From Burkholderiales bacterium (lineage in GTDB: Bacteria > Pseudomonadota > Gammaproteobacteria > Burkholderiales > Burkholderiaceae_D), in assembly GCA_038225855.1 (NCBI GenBank), contig JBBRQU010000016.1:3983-67982 (forward strand): a DNA stretch of 64,000 nt. Direction: 5' to 3'. Below, piece after piece: positions 60,549 through 64,000 of the stretch. Each line of letters begins with the position of its first letter. Position 1 is the first letter of the stretch. A model generated the notes under the pieces. The model did not search any database and had not been told where the DNA came from. It saw only the letters and a program-made list of their open reading frames with translations. The position numbers and the translations under genes are program-made.

Positions 60549-60712
60549 AACCGAAGTCTTCAATTCGAAGCGCGGCGGCAATCCGATTTCGGAACAAGCA
60601 CGGTATGGAGATAGAGCTGCAAAATTGACGCAGCCCTCCAGCCTGCTTCAGCTTGAATTGCGCCTCGCTCCATTCCCTGTTATCGCAAAAAACCGTTCAC
60701 GATGGGCCAAAG

Positions 60713-60737
60713 AAAAAGGGGCGCGCGGCCCCTTTTT
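60713..60737. terminator. bidirectional rho-independent terminator
   Basis: AAAAAGGGGC-GCGCG-GCCCCTTTTT lies between the convergent beta-helix gene and pckG. Confidence 0.7.
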
Positions 60738-60758
60738 ATTCTTGATGGCGAACCGTAT

Positions 60759-62624
60759 TCAGGCCGCGAGTCGGCTCTCGAGTCGATTTTTTACCGCCAC
60801 CAACTCGTCAGGCAGATGGTGTCTCAACTTCGTGAACAGCTCGGTGTGCAAAGCGATCTCGTTTTTCCACGCGGCGCGATCGATCGAGGTGATGGTTTCG
60901 AAGTCCCCGCGCGAAAACTCGGCGCCCTCCCACGAAATATCTTCGTAGCGCGGGGTGGTGCCGAAGATATGCTCGACGCCGCTCGCCCGCTGTTTCCCGT
61001 TCGGCGCGATGCGATCGAGCATCCACTTCAACACGCGCATGTTTTCGCCGAACCCGGGCCACACGAACTTGCCATCGGCGTCGGTGCGAAACCAGTTGAC
61101 GGTGAAGATCGCAGGTAATGCCGTGCCGGAGGCCTCGAGCTTCTTGCCGAGCGCGAGCCAGTGTCCGAAGTAATCGGCCATGTTGTAGCCGCAAAACGGC
61201 AGCATCGCGAACGGGTCGCGACGCACGACACCTTGTTGACCCGCAGCCGCCGCCGTCGTCTCCGACCCCATGGTGGCGGCCATGTATACGCCTTCGATCC
61301 AGTTGCGCGCTTCGGTCACGAGCGGCACCGTGGTGGAGCGGCGACCGCCGAAGATGAAGGCCGAAATCGGCACGCCGGCGGGGTTGTCCCAATCCGGGTC
61401 GATCGCCGGGTTCTGGGTCGCGGCAACCGTGAAGCGCGCATTGGGATGCGCCGCCTTGCGTCCGGTTTCTCTCGCGATCTGCGGCGTCCAGTCGTCGCCA
61501 TGCCAGTCGATCAGATGTGCGGGCGGCTCCTTGGTCATGCCTTCCCACCACACATCGCCGTCGTCGGTCAGCGCGACGTTGGTGAAGATGGTGTTGGCGC
61601 GCAATGACGCCATGCAATTGAAGTTGGTCTTCTCGTTGGTGCCGGGCGCGACGCCGAAATAGCCGGCCTCGGGATTGATCGCGTAAAGCTTCCCATCATG
61701 TCCGGGTTTGATCCACGCGATGTCGTCGCCGATGGTCGTGACCTTCCAGCCTTCGAAGCCCTTGGGAGGAATCAGCATCGCGAAGTTGGTCTTGCCGCAT
61801 GCCGATGGAAAAGCCGCCGCGACGTAGTGCTTGTCGCCTTGAGGATTCTCGACGCCGAGGATCAGCATGTGTTCGGCGAGCCAGCCTTGATCACGACCCA
61901 TGGTCGATGCGATGCGCAGCGCGAAGCATTTCTTGCCGAGCAACGCGTTGCCGCCGTAGCCTGAACCGTAGCTCCAGATCTCGTGCGTCTCGGGAAAGTG
62001 CACGATGTACTTGGTGGGATTGCACGGCCACTTCACGTCTTTCTCGCCCGCAGCCAGAGGCTTGCCGACCGAGTGCACGCAGGGCACGAAGTCGCCGTCG
62101 GCGCCCAGCACGTCGTAGACCGCGCGTCCCATGCGAGTCATCAATTTCATGTTGACGGCCACATAGGGCGAATCCGACAACTCGACGCCCAGGTGCGCGA
62201 TCGGCGATGCGAGGGGGCCCATCGAGAACGCGACCACGTACATGGTGCGGCCGCGCATCGAACCGGCAAACAGCTGGTTCAGCGTCGCGCGCATCTCCGC
62301 CGGTGCAATCCAGTGATTGGTGGGCCCCGCATCGTCGGCGCGCTCCGAGCAGATGAAGGTGCGGTCTTCGACACGCGCCACATCGCTCGGGTCCGACAGT
62401 GCGAGAAACGAATGCGGGCGCTTCACGGGATTGAGACGCCGCATGGTTCCCGACTCGACCATCAAGGCGCACAGCCGATCGTATTCTTCGTTTGAGCCGT
62501 CGCACCACACCACGCCGTCGGGCTGCGCAAGGCGGACGATATCGGTCACCCACGCGATCAGCTTCTGACTCTTGACCCACGATGGCGCGGACACGCCGGC
62601 CGATGGCGACACTACTGCGTTCAT
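60759..62624 (-). CDS. pckG: phosphoenolpyruvate carboxykinase (GTP)
   Basis: 621 aa. [13 protein letters not shown] kinase-1a, [37 protein letters not shown] are GTP-PEPCK signatures. Confidence 0.95.
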   Translation of the reverse strand: MNAVVSPSAGVSAPSWVKSQKLIAWVTDIVRLAQPDGVVWCDGSNEEYDRLCALMVESGTMRRLNPVKRPHSFLALSDPSDVARVEDRTFICSERADDAGPTNHWIAPAEMRATLNQLFAGSMRGRTMYVVAFSMGPLASPIAHLGVELSDSPYVAVNMKLMTRMGRAVYDVLGADGDFVPCVHSVGKPLAAGEKDVKWPCNPTKYIVHFPETHEIWSYGSGYGGNALLGKKCFALRIASTMGRDQGWLAEHMLILGVENPQGDKHYVAAAFPSACGKTNFAMLIPPKGFEGWKVTTIGDDIAWIKPGHDGKLYAINPEAGYFGVAPGTNEKTNFNCMASLRANTIFTNVALTDDGDVWWEGMTKEPPAHLIDWHGDDWTPQIARETGRKAAHPNARFTVAATQNPAIDPDWDNPAGVPISAFIFGGRRSTTVPLVTEARNWIEGVYMAATMGSETTAAAAGQQGVVRRDPFAMLPFCGYNMADYFGHWLALGKKLEASGTALPAIFTVNWFRTDADGKFVWPGFGENMRVLKWMLDRIAPNGKQRASGVEHIFGTTPRYEDISWEGAEFSRGDFETITSIDRAAWKNEIALHTELFTKLRHHLPDELVAVKNRLESRLAA

Positions 62625-62950
62625 CTTCGTTTCTCCGACGGATCGCGGCCGACTGTTCCGCTATGCAAGGCGCTTCGATACAAGAACGGACGCCGAAACT
62701 ATCGCGGCCGCCGTCCGACAAATCAGTTGCAGGATTTGAATCGCTTTTTGGGCGGGCGCCACGGTCCTCATACCGAGCGTGATCGTGTGCGGCATCGTAT
62801 GCCGCGCGATCGTCTTCGGACTGTCTCTCCCCGTCTTCCGATGAATGAATCGGCGACTCTCATTGATGACCTCATGCAGCCGAGCGGGGGTCGTGGAATG
62901 TACCATAGCGGCGGGTTCATTCGCTGCCATCGCACGTCTCGCCACGCATC

Positions 62951-63958
62951 ATGAAGATCTCGATCCTCGACGACTATCAGGATGCGGTCCGCAAGCTCGA
63001 CTGCTTCGCGCTGCTGGCGGGCCATGAGGTCAAGGTCTTCAACAACACCGTCAAGGGCGCCGGCCAACTCGGTGTGCGGCTCGCGGATTCCGAGGCACTC
63101 GTGTTGATTCGCGAGCGCACGCGCATCAACCGCGACCTGCTCGCAAAACTTCCCAGGCTCAAACTGATTTCGCAGACCGGACGCGCGGGGGCGCACATCG
63201 ATCTGGCGGCCTGCACCGAGCGCGGCGTGGTCGTCGTCGATGGAGGGGGCGCCCCTACCGCCGCGGCCGAACTCACATGGGCGCTGATCATGGCGGCGAT
63301 GCGGCGCCTGCCGCAATACATCGGCAACCTCAAGCATGGCGTGTGGCAACAGAGCGGCTTGAGGAGCGCAAGCGATCCGCCCAATCACGGCGTGGGCGAG
63401 TTGCTCGCCGGCAAGACGCTCGGGATCTGGGGCTTCGGCAAGATCGGTCGCATGGTCGCGGGCTACGGCGCGGCCTTCGGAATGAACGTCATGGTCTGGG
63501 GCCGCGATGCATCGCGCGCGGCTGCGCGCGAGCAACTGTTCGACGTGGCCGCCGATCGTCACGCGTTCTTCTCGGCCTGCGATGTGGTATCGCTGCACCT
63601 GCGACTGACCGACGAGACGCGTGGCATCGTCACGCTCGAAGATCTGCAGGCGATGAAGAGGACCGCGCTCTTCGTGAACACCAGTCGCGCCGAACTGATC
63701 GCGCAAGGCGCACTGATCAAGGCGCTCAACGGCTCGCGTCCCGGGCTCGCGGCGGTCGACGTGTTCGAATCCGAGCCGCCGCTCGCAGGCCAGCCGCTCT
63801 TGCGCATGGAGAACGTGATCTGCACGCCGCATATCGGCTTCGTCGAGAAGACCAGTTACGAAGCGATGTTCTCGGCTGCCTTCAAGAACGTTCTTGCGTA
63901 TGTGGCCGGGGCGCAGATCAACGTCGTCAATGCCGAGGCCTCGAAGGTGCGTCGTTAG
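62951..63958 (+). CDS. D-isomer-specific 2-hydroxyacid dehydrogenase family protein
   Basis: GIWGFGKIGRMVA (GxGxxG), VSLHLRLTDETRGIV, FVNTSRAELI, DVFESEP, CTPHIGF. Confidence 0.85.
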   Translation: MKISILDDYQDAVRKLDCFALLAGHEVKVFNNTVKGAGQLGVRLADSEALVLIRERTRINRDLLAKLPRLKLISQTGRAGAHIDLAACTERGVVVVDGGGAPTAAAELTWALIMAAMRRLPQYIGNLKHGVWQQSGLRSASDPPNHGVGELLAGKTLGIWGFGKIGRMVAGYGAAFGMNVMVWGRDASRAAAREQLFDVAADRHAFFSACDVVSLHLRLTDETRGIVTLEDLQAMKRTALFVNTSRAELIAQGALIKALNGSRPGLAAVDVFESEPPLAGQPLLRMENVICTPHIGFVEKTSYEAMFSAAFKNVLAYVAGAQINVVNAEASKVRR

Positions 63959-64000
63959 GCGAGTCCTCTCGATCCCGCGTGGTTTGACGCGCGTTGTGCG

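Overview
This is a high-GC proteobacterial chromosome segment. Gene content and order look most like Burkholderiales, but that is an inference. It is almost entirely housekeeping genes. In order: argS (partial), xerC-DUF484-dapF, two tandem LpxL-family lipid A acyltransferases, metK, NnrU, GNAT, an lpxO-like hydroxylase, a low-GC GGDEF sensor, and selU. Next come an SAH riboswitch driving ahcY-DUF360-metF, an HD-GYP/EAL gene pair, 5-formyl-THF cyclo-ligase, slt, an NDUFA9-like protein, GST, cca, and a membrane/2Fe-2S/class III cyclase fusion. Then a DUF185 methyltransferase, SDR-folB, ttcA, gntK, yhhQ, rep, csbD, priA, hemE and tdk. The window ends with the full atpIBEFHAGDC operon, parB-parA-rsmG-mnmG with two parS sites (an origin-proximal signature), a Liv-type ABC importer, a secreted beta-helix protein, GTP-PEPCK and a 2-hydroxyacid dehydrogenase. 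I found no rRNA, tRNA, CRISPR, transposase or prophage module, and no convincing multi-gene novel system. The unusual content is mostly second-messenger signalling. It includes an ATPase-less protein with four tandem MshEN-type c-di-GMP-binding motifs wedged between the atp operon and parB, a translationally coupled HD-GYP plus degenerate-GGDEF/EAL pair, and a redox-type cyclase with substituted catalytic residues. Other points are a terminator-like hairpin in the metK leader, REP-like inverted repeat pairs, an HD-motif-less CCA enzyme, an AT-rich hemE-priA spacer with DnaA-box-like sites, and two unlisted small ORFs. Coordinates were cross-checked against the ORF track frames. All family assignments come from reading motifs by eye, not from database searches.
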